From the NCBI GenBank assembly GCA_963833225.1, contig CAWHXD010000007.1, positions 448,001 through 512,000 on the forward strand: DNA of 64,000 nt, in the 5' to 3' direction. Positions within the stretch are counted from its first letter, which is position 1. Each line of letters opens with the position of its first letter. The notes under the pieces are model-generated. The model was given only the letters and a program-made list of their open reading frames with translations, ran no database searches and was not told the origin of the DNA. Positions 8,966-18,931 of this stretch are shown in pieces. The stretch comes from an uncultured Chloroflexia bacterium (lineage in GTDB: Bacteria > Chloroflexota > Limnocylindria > Limnocylindrales > CSP1-4). A program made the position numbers and the translations under genes.

Positions 8966-11900
8966 GCACCGGCGACCGCTACCGGGGGCGGACCACCCGC
9001 CAGCGCAACGTCGCCGAGCGGGTCGCCCGGGAATGGGCCGAGCGGCGGGCCGCCGCGGAGGTCCGCGAGCAGGCCACGGACCTCGATGCCGCATCGGCCG
9101 AGGCGGAGGTCGAGCTGCTCGACCCGGCGGCGCACCGAGACGCCGCGGGTGTCGCCTCCCCACGTCCCCGGCGGGTCCGCCGGCCGGCTGAGACGGCACG
9201 GGCCGGCGAACGGTCGGGCTCGAAGGGCGCCGGGCGGCGCGTGCCGGACCTCGCGGTGCTGCCCGGGCTGCTCCACCCGACCGGCTCCTTCGCAAGCCTC
9301 CGCGAGCGGCTCGGACCGCTCGAATCGCCCTCGCTCCACGGGCGGCACGTGGGCCTCACCTCGGTTCCCCACGGCGCCAAGTCGTACCTCGCCGCGTCCC
9401 TCGCGCTCGCCGCGCATGGCGAGCGGATCTGCTGGGTCGCCCGCGACGCGGAGATCGGTGATCGGGTCGCGGAGGAGCTTGGCGCGTGGCTGGGCGACCC
9501 CGAGCTGGTGGCGGTGCTGGAGCCCAGGACGTCGCTCGCGTACGAGCGCTCCGAGCTCGTGCCCGACGAGACGGCGGCGCGGGTCGCGGCCCTGGCCGCC
9601 TGGCGCGCCGGGCGGGCCCGGGTGCTCGTGGCGTCGGTCCAGGCGCTGCTCCAGGCGACGCTCGCGCCGGCCGACCTGCCGGCCGAGCCGAGGATCCTCC
9701 GCCCGGGCTCCCGGCTCTCGCTCGACGCGCTCACGAGCGAGCTGTTCGACCGGGGCTACTCGCCGGTCCTGGAGGTCGCGGGACGGGGCGAGTTCGCCCG
9801 GCGGGGTGGCATCGTGGACGTGTTCCCGCCCTCGGCGCCATTGCCGGTGCGGATCGAGCTCTTTGGCGACGAGATCGACAGCCTCCGGGCGTTCGACCCC
9901 ACCGACCAGCGGAGCGTCGAGCCGGTCCGTGAGCTGGAGCTGCTCCCGGCGACCGAGTTCCTGCTTCCCGACGGGGGCGCGGACGAGATCCGGGCGCGGC
10001 TGGGCCGGCTGGGCGCGCGGCTCCCGGAGCGCCTCGCCCTGGACCTGTCGCGCTTCGCCGGAGAGGCGTCACCCGAGCGGCCCGCCACGCCCCACGCCGG
10101 TCGCGCGCTGGCAGCCGGGGACGCCGCCGAGGTCTGGTCACGGCTGATCGCCCCGTCGACCGGCCTCGACCACCTCGACCCCGACACGCTGTTCGTGCTC
10201 GACGAGCCGGGTGACCTCGCCGACGCGGCGGACTTCCTGTGGCGCCAGGCGGAGGAGCGCCACGCATGAGCTGGTGGACCAGGGCGAGCTGCCGCGGGAC
10301 TGGCCGCAGGGCTACCTGCCACCGCGCGACTGGAAGGCCCGGCTCCACGGCGCGCGAACGCTGGAGCTGACCTGGCAGAGCGAGGCCGCGGACGCCGCCG
10401 GGATGGCGTTCGCGTCCAAGGGGCTGACATCGGGGGACCTGTTCGGCTGGCGGGAGCCCGTCCTGCCCCCGGGCCGGACCGAGCGGCTGGTCGACGGGGT
10501 GGAACACTGGCTGGGCGAGGGCCGGCGCGTGGTGCTCGTGAGCGACCAGGCGCCCCGCCTGTCGGAGCTGCTGGGCGAGGCCGGCCATCCCGCGGGCATC
10601 GTCAGCCGGATCGCCGAGGCCCCGCCGCCGGGGGCGATCGCGCTGGTGGAGCGGAGCCTCAACGGCGGCTTCGAGGGCGGCCCGGACGGCCTGGCGGTGG
10701 TCACGGACCGCGAGCTGTTCGGCAGCGTCCGCGTCCGGCGGCCAAAGGCGATGCGCCGCGTGGTCCCCCGCGACATCCTCGAGCGCCTGACCCCCGGCGA
10801 CATGGTCGTGCACATCGACCACGGCATCGCGCGCTACGAGGGGATGCTCCGGCGCGGCGTGCCCGGTGAGGAGCGCGACTACCTGGAGCTCTCGTTCGCG
10901 GCCGCGGACCGGATCTTCGTTCCGGTCGAGCAGATCAACCGGGTCAGCCGGTACAGCGGCGGCGAGAATCCCCAGCTCTCGCGCCTGGGCGGCACGGACT
11001 GGCTGCGCACCAAGCAGCGCGTCCGCAAGGCGGTCAACGACCTCGCGGAGGAGCTCCTCAACCTGTACGCGAAGCGCGAGGCCGCAGCGGGCTTCGGGTA
11101 CGCGACGGACACGCCGTGGCAGGGCGAGATGGAGGCGTCGTTCCCGTACGAGGAGACGCCGGACCAGCTCCGCGCCTCGGTCGAGGTCAAGGTCGACATG
11201 GAGGCGCGCAAGCCGATGGACCGGCTGGTCGTGGGCGACGTTGGCTACGGCAAGACCGAGGTGGCGCTGCGAGCCGCGTTCAAGGCGACGCAGGACGGCA
11301 AGCAGGTCGCGGTCCTGGTGCCGACGACCGTGCTGGCCGGGCAGCACTTCACCACGTTCTCCCAGCGGTTCGCGGCGTTCCCGCTGACCGTGAAGCTGCT
11401 GTCGCGGTTCGTGGGCGCGAAGGAGCAGGCGGCGACCATCGACGGCCTGGCGGCCGGGACCGTGGACATCGTGATCGGGACGCACCGGCTGCTGTCGAAG
11501 GACGTCGCGTTCCGGGACCTGGGCCTGGTGGTGGTCGACGAGGAGCAGCGGTTTGGCGTCGCGGCCAAGGAGCGGCTCAAGCAGCTGCGCTCCGCGGTGG
11601 ACGTGCTGACCATGTCCGCCACCCCGATCCCGCGGACGCTCAACCTGGCGCTGGCCGGGATCCGGGACCTGTCGGTGATCGAGACGCCGCCGGAGGATCG
11701 GCTGCCGATCCAGACCCGCGTGGCGGAGGCATCGGCCGGCCTGGTGCGGGACGCGATCCTGCGCGAGCTCGATCGCGGCGGCCAGGTGTTCTACGTCCAC
11801 AACCGGGTCGAGACCATCGAGGCCCAGGCGGAGCAGCTCCGCCGGCTCCTGCCCGGGGCCAGGATCGTCGTCGGGCATGGCCAGATGGGGGAGGGCACGC

Positions 11901-12838
11901 TCGAGAAGGTGATGCTCACCTTCGCGGACGGCGCCGCCGACGTCCTCGTGTGCACCACGATCATCGAGTCGGGGCTGGACATCCCCAACGCGAACACGAT
12001 CGTCATCGACCGCGCGGACACCCTCGGCCTCGCCCAGCTGTACCAGCTCCGGGGTCGGGTGGGCCGGTCGTCCCGGCGCGCCTACGCATACCTGCTCTAC
12101 CGCCGGCGCGAGCGGATGAGCGAAGAGGCGCGCAAGCGGCTCCAGGCCATCTTCAACGCCTCTGAGCTGGGCGCCGGGTTCCAGATCGCGCTCGCGGACC
12201 TCGAGATCCGCGGGGCCGGCAACATCCTGGGCGGGGAGCAGAGCGGGTTCATGGCCTCGGTGGGCTTCGACCTGTACTCGCGGCTGCTGGGCGAGGCGGT
12301 CGAGGAGGCCAAGGCGCGTCGCGAGGATCGCGAGCCGGTGCGGGACGTGCCCCAGGCCGTGGTGGACCTGCCCGTGGACGCGCACCTGCCCGATTCGTAC
12401 GTGCCCGACGAGGCCCAGAAGCTGGAGCTGTACCGGCGGCTGGCGAGGGCGCGGTCGGCCGGTGACGTCGCCGCGTTCCGCCAGGAGGTCACCGATCGCT
12501 ACGGCCCGATGCCGGCGCCCGTCCTGCGGCTGGTCGAGGTGGCGGAGCTGCGACTCTCGGCCGAGGGCGCCGGGGTGGCGTCGCTGTCGCGCGAGGAAGG
12601 GTGGCTGGTCGTCCGCTTCGGTGCCGGGCTCTCCCGCTCCACCGCGATGCAGCTCCTCTCGCCATCGTTTGGCGCCCCGCTGCCCGGCGTGCGACCCGGG
12701 GACATGACGTTCGCGTCCAACCAGGTGCGGATCCGGCTGCCGAAGGATGCGCTCAAGGGCTGGGTGCTGACGCAGGCGGTGGTCTCCCGGCTGGTGGCGG
12801 CAGCGGGAGCGATGGCCGCAGGGGCGACGGCAGGATGA
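8962..12838 (+). CDS. mfd: Transcription-repair coupling factor (frameshift near 10265, probably a sequencing error)
   Basis: GEFARRGGIVDVFP..RIELFGDEIDSLRAFDP in the first frame; VVHIDHGIARY, GDVGYGKTEVA, DEEQRFG, MSATPIPRTL and QLRGRVGRS in the second. Confidence 0.95.
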
Positions 12839-13395
12839 GCCCTCGACCCAACCGTCCGATCGACATCGGCCTTCGGCCGTGGCGCCCAGACGACCTTGAG
12901 CTCATGACCCGACTCTTTGGAGATCCCGCCATGACCACCCACCTCGGTGGGCCGGAGTCGCCCGAGCAGCTGCAGTCACGGCTCGATCGCTACCTGGCGA
13001 CGACCTCCAGGGACGACGGGTTGTTCGTGATCACCGCCGGACCGGACGGCGAACCAGCCGGCACGGTCGTGTTCTGGGCACACACCATTCGTGGCGAGCC
13101 GGCACTCGAGATCGGCTGGAGCGTGCTCGCAGCGTTCCAGGGACGCGGCATCGCGACCCGCGCCACGGCTCGCTGCCTCGAGATCGCGGCCGCCGAGACC
13201 GGGTACCGGACCATCCACGCCTTCCCGGCGGTGGACAACGCCGCCTCGAACGCGGTCTGCCGCAAGCTGGGCTTCGAGCTCGTGGAGACGACAGTCGTCG
13301 AATATCCGGTTGGGCACATGATGACCTGCAACGACTGGTCGCTCGAGCTGGACCGCTTTCGGCCGGGCCCGTCCGCGGGATCAGGGGAGCGATGA
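12835..13395 (+). CDS. GNAT N-acetyltransferase (RimJ/RimL-like)
   Basis: EIGWSVLAAFQGRGIAT and NAASNAVCRKLGF. Confidence 0.88.
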   Translation: MSPRPNRPIDIGLRPWRPDDLELMTRLFGDPAMTTHLGGPESPEQLQSRLDRYLATTSRDDGLFVITAGPDGEPAGTVVFWAHTIRGEPALEIGWSVLAAFQGRGIATRATARCLEIAAAETGYRTIHAFPAVDNAASNAVCRKLGFELVETTVVEYPVGHMMTCNDWSLELDRFRPGPSAGSGER

Positions 13396-14009
13396 CCGAG
13401 AAGTCGCGTCTCGATGGGCTGCCCCGCTGGGGGTTCGCGTCGCCGGGCGGACCTAGCGCCATGCCGCAGCTCGTGACGCCCGATGTTCGCTATCGGCGAT
13501 CGTTCGCCGCCGCGATGGAGGAGTCTCGGGCGGAGGGTCGGGGATCGGCTGACGACCGATCCGTCATCGGCCGCTACCTGCGGGACCATCCGCAGGGGCT
13601 GGCCAGCGACGAGGTCTTCGGTGGGCTCGTCGCCGCGATCCGGGCGGACCGGCTCGAGGACACGCCACGCCCGCCGGGCTTCGTGCCGGGCACCGAGCTG
13701 TGGTGGGTCGATGGCGACCAGTACCTCGGCCGGGTCGGCGTGCGCCACCGGCTGACGCCGGTGCTGCTCGAGATCGGCTACATCGGCTACGACGTCCGGC
13801 CCTCGGCCCGGCGGCGCGGTCACGCGACCGAGATGCTCCGGCAGGCGCTGCTCGTGGCGCGCGAGCTTGGCATCGACCCGGCGCTCGTCACCTGCGACGT
13901 CGACAACGAGGGCTCGCGAACGGTCATCGAGCGCAATGGCGGTGTCCTCGAGGACGAGCGCCAGGGGAAGCTGCGCTACTGGGTGCCGACGACGGTGCGC
14001 GATGCGTGA
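13392..14009 (+). CDS. GNAT N-acetyltransferase (start may be 13461)
   Basis: GYIGYDVRPSARRRGHATEML..LVTCDVDNEGSRTVIERNGG. Confidence 0.88.
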   Translation: MTEKSRLDGLPRWGFASPGGPSAMPQLVTPDVRYRRSFAAAMEESRAEGRGSADDRSVIGRYLRDHPQGLASDEVFGGLVAAIRADRLEDTPRPPGFVPGTELWWVDGDQYLGRVGVRHRLTPVLLEIGYIGYDVRPSARRRGHATEMLRQALLVARELGIDPALVTCDVDNEGSRTVIERNGGVLEDERQGKLRYWVPTTVRDA

Positions 14010-14805
14010 CGGGGCCGTGCACGAACTGCGGGACCACGAAGGGCGGCCGATCGACTTCGGGCGGGCGGCAGTCGACTACGACCGCTACCGTCCCGGCTTC
14101 CCCGACGACTTCTTCGATCGCCTCGGGCAACTGGGCTGGATCGAGCGAGGCATGCGGTCGCTGGACCTCGGCACCGGCACCGGCTCGCTTGCCCTCGGAT
14201 TCGCCGCCAGGGGACTGCGGGTCACCGGGCTCGACCTCGCCCCGGACCTGCTCGACGTGGCCCGCCGCGCCGCCGCTGATCGCGGGCTCGAAGCCGAGTT
14301 TCTCGCGGGTGCTGCCGAGGCCACCGGGCTGGACGACGCCAGCTTCGATCTCGTGAGCGCCGGCCAATGCTGGTGGTGGTTCGACAGCGACCTCGCTGCC
14401 GGGGAGGCCGCCCGGCTGCTCGTGACCGGCGGACGCCTGCTCATCTGCAACTTCAGCTACCTGACGCTGACGGGCAACGTGTGCGCCCGATCCGAGGCCC
14501 TGGTGCTCCAGCACAATCCCGGCTGGACCATGTCCAGCTGGACGGGGGTCCACCCGGAGCAGGTCCGGGCGCTCGACGAGGCCGGTTTCCGGAACGTGGA
14601 GAGCTTCAGCTACACCGTCGATGTCCCCTTCTCGCACGAGGCATGGCGCGGCCGCATGCGGACCTGCAACGGCGTCGGTCCCTCGCTCGGGCCTGCCCAG
14701 GTGGAGCGGTTCGACCGCGATCTCGGCGCCCTTCTCGCGGCGGAGTTCCCGGGCGAGCTGTTGATCCCTCACCGGGTGTTCGCGACGAGTGGCCTGAAGC
14801 CCTGA
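14002..14805 (+). CDS. Class I SAM-dependent methyltransferase
   Basis: DFGRAAVDYDRYRPGFP, LDLGTGTG, FDLVSAGQCWWWFD. Confidence 0.92.
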   Translation: MRDGAVHELRDHEGRPIDFGRAAVDYDRYRPGFPDDFFDRLGQLGWIERGMRSLDLGTGTGSLALGFAARGLRVTGLDLAPDLLDVARRAAADRGLEAEFLAGAAEATGLDDASFDLVSAGQCWWWFDSDLAAGEAARLLVTGGRLLICNFSYLTLTGNVCARSEALVLQHNPGWTMSSWTGVHPEQVRALDEAGFRNVESFSYTVDVPFSHEAWRGRMRTCNGVGPSLGPAQVERFDRDLGALLAAEFPGELLIPHRVFATSGLKP

Positions 14806-14859
14806 AGTGGCCCCAGTCCATCGATGATGAGTGTTCAGGCGACATCACCCTCGCGGACG
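14791..14859 (+). repeat. 69-bp perfect direct repeat, copy 1 (overlaps the methyltransferase stop codon)
   Basis: ggcctgaagccctgaagtggccccagtccatcgatgatgagtgttcaggcgacatcaccctcgcggacg, identical to 15473-15541. Confidence 0.97.
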
Positions 14860-15058
14860 AGGAGGACACGGCTCGGCTCCGGCGGCGATCCGGACACGCC
14901 TATCCGACTGACTCCGCAGCCACCACAGGTTGTGGTTCGGCGACAACCGGCATCTTGACGACCGAGAGCCAGTCGCGCAGGCTCGCGGTAAGGGGCCGGA
15001 CGGTCCCTCCCGGCCGCTCCGAGGGGCGCGGCTCGCATCTCCAACAAGGACCCCTGCG

Positions 15059-15445
15059 TTGCGCCTTCGCCCTGGCTTCGCCACTGTCACGCTCGCCCTG
15101 GTCATGGCGCTGTCCCTCGCAGGGTGCGGCGCGAGCGAGCCGAAGGTCGTATCGGACATCGAGGCAGCGGCCATCGCGATTGTCGGTCGCGGAAATGTCC
15201 GCGCTGACCACTTCGACGGCGAGCCAGACGGGTGAATCGTCTTCGTCGTCACCTTCGAGCCGGACACGGTGCGCGACGCGGTGTTGGCGCTGTTCGACGG
15301 ACGGGGCTACGCCATCGAGCAGTCGGGCTCGAAGACGCTGGTCGCCGGCGGACTCTGGATCGAGGCAGGGGAGGATGATCTATACACGGTGAACGTGTGG
15401 GTGCCCACAAGCGCCCTCGGACAGGACGGCTACCCAGCGAACTGA
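15059..15445 (+). pseudogene. Small lipoprotein gene interrupted by an in-frame TGA (15233-15235)
   Basis: Signal peptide with lipobox LAGC; the same frame continues after TGA as IVFVVTFEPDTVRDAVLALFDGRGY..GYPAN*. Confidence 0.65.
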
Positions 15446-15472
15446 CGTGCTCCCCCGCGCGGGAGACTGAGC

Positions 15473-15541
15473 GGCCTGAAGCCCTGAAGTGGCCCCAGTC
15501 CATCGATGATGAGTGTTCAGGCGACATCACCCTCGCGGACG
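15473..15541 (+). repeat. 69-bp perfect direct repeat, copy 2
   Basis: Identical to 14791-14859; period 682 bp. Confidence 0.97.
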
Positions 15542-15663
15542 GGACGCACCCGTTATCGGGGGAGGTGACGATACTCACAGAAGCGCGCCAACTTGTGCCC
15601 CGACTGCTCTTGGGTGACGATGGAGCGAACGTCGGTGGAGACCCGACCAGGAAGGGGGACGAA

Positions 15664-15965
15664 GTGCGCGTTTTGCCGTTCTTGCTGGGGACGCTCCTGG
15701 TCGCGGCTTCCATCGGGGCATGCCGACAGCGCGACGACGTGGCTGACGGCTTCCCTCGGCGCGTGCGTGAACTTCGACGGGTCGCCGGATGGCGACCACC
15801 AGCAGATCGGGAACGCCGACTGCTCCGGCCCACACACCCACGTTGTTCTCTCCTGGGTGGGCAGGGACGCCACGTGCCCGACTGGATCCGGCGTTCCGAG
15901 TGCGGGGGCCCCGAAGGCAAGTTGTGCCAGCGCGCCGAGATCGGGACCGGAGCGCAAGTCCGTAG
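15664..15965 (+). pseudogene. Small Cys-rich lipoprotein, frameshifted (loosely LppU-like)
   Basis: VRVLPFLLGTLLVAASIGAC signal, then another frame gives LGACVNFDG..ADCSGPHTHVV..ATCP and later GKLC; end approximate. Confidence 0.4.
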
Positions 15966-16024
15966 CTCACGAACGCGGACGGGCTATGCGGCTCATCCAA
16001 GCGCGTCCGCCCCTGATATACCGC

Positions 16025-16214
16025 CTTGTGGGTCGATCATGACATCGACCTCCACGGGGAGACCGGCGCAGCCCTATCCGGCAGATGACCGTTGTCGCTA
16101 GTGTCCGGCCCCGACCTTCGGCGGAATCGGTGATCGGGACCCAGCGGCAGTAGACGGTGATCGGAGCCGAGGAGACGTCGGCAGAGGTCCGGGAACCCAT
16201 GAGGCCGCCGAAGG
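16025..16214 (+). ncRNA. Putative IS110 bridge RNA
   Basis: 5' hairpin (16028-16055); a stem with an internal loop holding CGCAGCCCT and GCTAG (16063-16108); a third stem ccttcggcgg/ccgccgaagg (16115-16124/16205-16214). Folded by eye only. Confidence 0.6.
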
Positions 16215-16219
16215 AGGTG

Positions 16220-17391
16220 GCCAGGATCACGACGATCATCACATCTGGGGACGGACGCACGTCGCGGCCGCTGCGGGACGGCGAGTCCCGGGCCGACCGG
16301 AGATCCTCCGGTCAGCAAGGACCGAGAGGGCTACACGCCCTGGAACTGGCTGAGAGCAGCCGGAACGGACGCTCGTGACGATGGAGTCGTCGGGCCACTA
16401 CTGGATGCCGCTGGCCAGTCACCTGCGGCGGCGCGATGTCGCGGTCGCGGTGGTCAACCCGCTCGCGGCGAAGTACATTCGAGGAACCGCCTGGGCCGAC
16501 GGAGTCCGACCGGCCCACACCACGAAGCCTTGCCGAGATGGCCATGCGCGACACGCCCGACACCCGCGATCCGCTCGCCGGCGCCGAGCTGCGCCAGGCG
16601 GCCCGCTACGCGATGACCCGGTGACCGAGCAGGCCGGGTCTGCCAGCGCCTCATCCGCCTCGTCGAGCTCGGCTTCCCGGAGCTCGGCGAGCTGTTCGAC
16701 GACCCGACTTGCCGAACGGCCCGGGAGGTGCTGCGCATCGCGCCGACGGCACGCGCTGCCACCCGTCGCCGGACGTCGACCCTGGCCAAGCCAATGCCGG
16801 TCCGGGTCACCGACGCCTCGGGACGGCGAAGGCGGAGTGGCTCCAGGCGGCTGCGGCACTCGATCGCGGTGCCCGGGCTTGACGCCGAGATCGCCTTCGA
16901 GGTCGACCTCCTGCTCGACCAGTACGACCTGCTCGAACGCCAGATCGGCGACGCCGACCGGCGGGTCGCGGGACTCCTCGACGGCGAGACGGCCAGCCGG
17001 CTCCAGACCATCCCGGGTGTCGGGCCCTCGATCGCCGCCACCCTGCTCGCTGAGATCGGCGACATCGGGCGCTTCACCGACTTCGACCAGCTCCTCGCCT
17101 ATGCCGGCGTCCACCCGGCCGAGCGGAGCTCGGGCCGCAAGGGGGCGAACCCCGAGACCTCCTGGCACATGAGCAAGGCCGGCAACGCCAACCTCCGGGC
17201 AGCGGCGTACCGGATGGCGGTCGTCGGGGTCCAGCACAACCCGGTCATCGCTGCCCACTACGCCCGGAAGCGGGCCGCCGGCAAGAGCAAGATGAAGCGC
17301 TCGGCCACTGCATGCCAAGGCTCTGAGCATCGTCTGGGGCGTCTGGCGCAACGGAGCGGACTTCGACCCGGACTGGGGGGCCGAGGCTTGA
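16220..17391 (+). pseudogene. IS110-family transposase/recombinase, multiply frameshifted
   Basis: MESSGHYWMPL..VAVVNPL (DEDD RuvC-like N-terminus); LQTIPGVGPSIAATLLAEIGDIGRF..LLAYAGVHPAERSSG..MSKAGNANLR (Transposase_20); start codon not resolved. Confidence 0.9.
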
Positions 17392-17472
17392 CAAGACCCT
17401 ATGGGATCTAGCTGGTCACCAGGTGTGGTTGACACACGCTCGCGGACTCGTTGGAGTTGTACCTTCCCCGTC

Positions 17473-17931
17473 ATGGTTGAGCCAGCCGCACCGCACGATC
17501 CCGAGGGCCGCGTGATGGCGGCGCTCATCCAAGCCTGCCCCTCATTCGCGGAGCCTTGGCAGCGCCACATGGGCGAGTGGGACGATGCCGCGCAGGATCG
17601 CGGGCCGTACACCGACGTCGGCGTATTCGCCGCGCACCTGGTGCACCTTCTCGAGGTCGGCGACACGTCGGAGCTCGGCGACGTTTTCCGGCAGGTCGAA
17701 CGGCTGTTGATCGAGGGGGACGACGGCATCCGATACCTGACCAAGGTCGGACTGCTCGAAGACGTGGGCAACATCGCATCCAAGCGTCGTGGGTGGCCGT
17801 TCGCCGAGCGCTTCAGGTCTTGGTTCGGGCCCGCAACCACGCAGGTGTGGGCCGAACTTCAGCCAGATGTGGGGCACGACGCCGACCGGGTGACATTGGC
17901 GCGCACGGTCGCGGACGGCGGACTGACGTAA
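17473..17931 (+). CDS. Hypothetical helical protein, possibly immunity-like; true stop probably 17893 after a frameshift
   Basis: ORF with VERLLIEGD..VGLLEDV..WFGPATTQVW; TACCTT -10 box shortly before ATG. Confidence 0.6.
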   Translation: MVEPAAPHDPEGRVMAALIQACPSFAEPWQRHMGEWDDAAQDRGPYTDVGVFAAHLVHLLEVGDTSELGDVFRQVERLLIEGDDGIRYLTKVGLLEDVGNIASKRRGWPFAERFRSWFGPATTQVWAELQPDVGHDADRVTLARTVADGGLT

Positions 17932-17941
17932 CCTGCGAGCC

Positions 17942-18307
17942 ATGAACGACGGCGCCAACGACCCTGCGTTCGGCGGAATCGATCCCGATATCCAACGGAT
18001 CCTGGCGGTCATGCTCGCGGCCGACTTCCCCGGCCGGGATGCCGTCGTCGCCCAGATCGCCACCGCCAAGGGGCGCCGCATCGATGACGACGGCTCACTT
18101 GAGCTCTCGGTCGTCGACGCTCCCCCAGCCGCGGTCGAGAGACGCATTCCGGTCGAGGCCGAGGTCGAGGATCTTGATGGCGTGACGGTCCATCTCCTGC
18201 TGCACGTCCTCGATGGCTTTGCCAGCGAGCTGGAGATCTTCAGGGAGGACTCGGCCCCTCTCCTGGGCCCACTCCCCCCAGGCGCCCTTCGGGTCATCGT
18301 CTTGTAG
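17942..18307 (+). CDS. Hypothetical acidic protein (DUF6984-like, possibly immunity-like)
   Basis: DDDGSLEL..PVEAEVEDLDGVTVHLLLHVLDGFASELEIFRED; TAACCT 7 nt before ATG. Confidence 0.75.
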   Translation: MNDGANDPAFGGIDPDIQRILAVMLAADFPGRDAVVAQIATAKGRRIDDDGSLELSVVDAPPAAVERRIPVEAEVEDLDGVTVHLLLHVLDGFASELEIFREDSAPLLGPLPPGALRVIVL

Positions 18308-18425
18308 GGCCGGGCCCATAGGTCCCACAGCCCAGCCGAATGGCCCGCGGAGAGATGACATTCCCGACGCTCGCGGAGGCGCGTGCACTACCATCGGCTC
18401 CGATGGAGCGCTACCTCCCTCCGCC

Positions 18426-18848
18426 ATGGACACCATTGGCATGCTGCCTTCAAAACCCCTTCGAGCGGCGGCCGTCGCGGCCCACGGCGCGCTGGCCATC
18501 GCCCTTGCCGTCCTGGCGTTGCCGGGAGTCCGACGGGTGCTGAGTGACGCCACCGCCGGTGACCTCCCTGGCCTGATCCCGATCGCGTTCGTGGTGGTCC
18601 CGATCGGTCTGTCCGTCGTGATCGTCTGGCTGGTCCGACACTGGCTGCGGCGGGGCATCGCGTGGCCGCTGCTGCTCGCGGACGGCGGCATCGCAATCGT
18701 GGCGTGGTGGGTGGGCTGGGTCTTCCTCCTCAGCAAGAGCGACGTGGTGGTGCTCGCCCTCACCCTCGTCCTCGGGCTCGCGCCTGCCTGCGTCCTGCTC
18801 ACCCTGGTCGCCGCGCTTCGTGCTCAACGGCGAGTCGGCGCCACCTGA
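18426..18848 (+). CDS. Hypothetical membrane protein (4 TM)
   Basis: Four hydrophobic segments; start uncertain. Confidence 0.65.
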   Translation: MDTIGMLPSKPLRAAAVAAHGALAIALAVLALPGVRRVLSDATAGDLPGLIPIAFVVVPIGLSVVIVWLVRHWLRRGIAWPLLLADGGIAIVAWWVGWVFLLSKSDVVVLALTLVLGLAPACVLLTLVAALRAQRRVGAT

Positions 18849-18931
18849 GGCTGTCAGGACGCAGCGAACGCGCGGAGCGGGAGCCGGCGGGCCGACGCTC
18901 GGCGCGGCGTGTTGTCACGAGGGGAACGAAG

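Larger units (their letters stand above)
16013..17409 (+). mobile_element. IS110-family insertion sequence
   Basis: IS110 recombinase ORF; CT dinucleotide at both inferred ends (16013-14 and 17408-09); right end TTGACA..GGGATCT; no terminal inverted repeats; about 200-bp structured non-coding left end. Confidence 0.85.

Noticed and set aside
10255-10275. Programmed ribosomal frameshift or split mfd
   Set aside because: No slippery heptamer, and similar indels occur across the window, so an error is more likely.
5925-12385. Long antisense ORFs (e.g. 5925-8186, 9731-12385 and many similar)
   Set aside because: Shadow frames of real genes in high-GC DNA, Arg/Pro/Gly-rich and without recognisable motifs.
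15233-15235. Selenocysteine readthrough of the in-frame TGA
   Set aside because: No redox motif context and no evident SECIS-like hairpin; a TGG-to-TGA change or sequencing error is simpler.
14791-15541. CRISPR array
   Set aside because: Only two 69-bp copies 682 bp apart, with a gene between them and no cas genes.
15991-17534. 12-bp match gctcatccaagc on both sides of the IS110 (15991 and 17523) as a target duplication
   Set aside because: Neither copy abuts the inferred ends, the second lies inside a coding region, and IS110 elements do not normally make such duplications.
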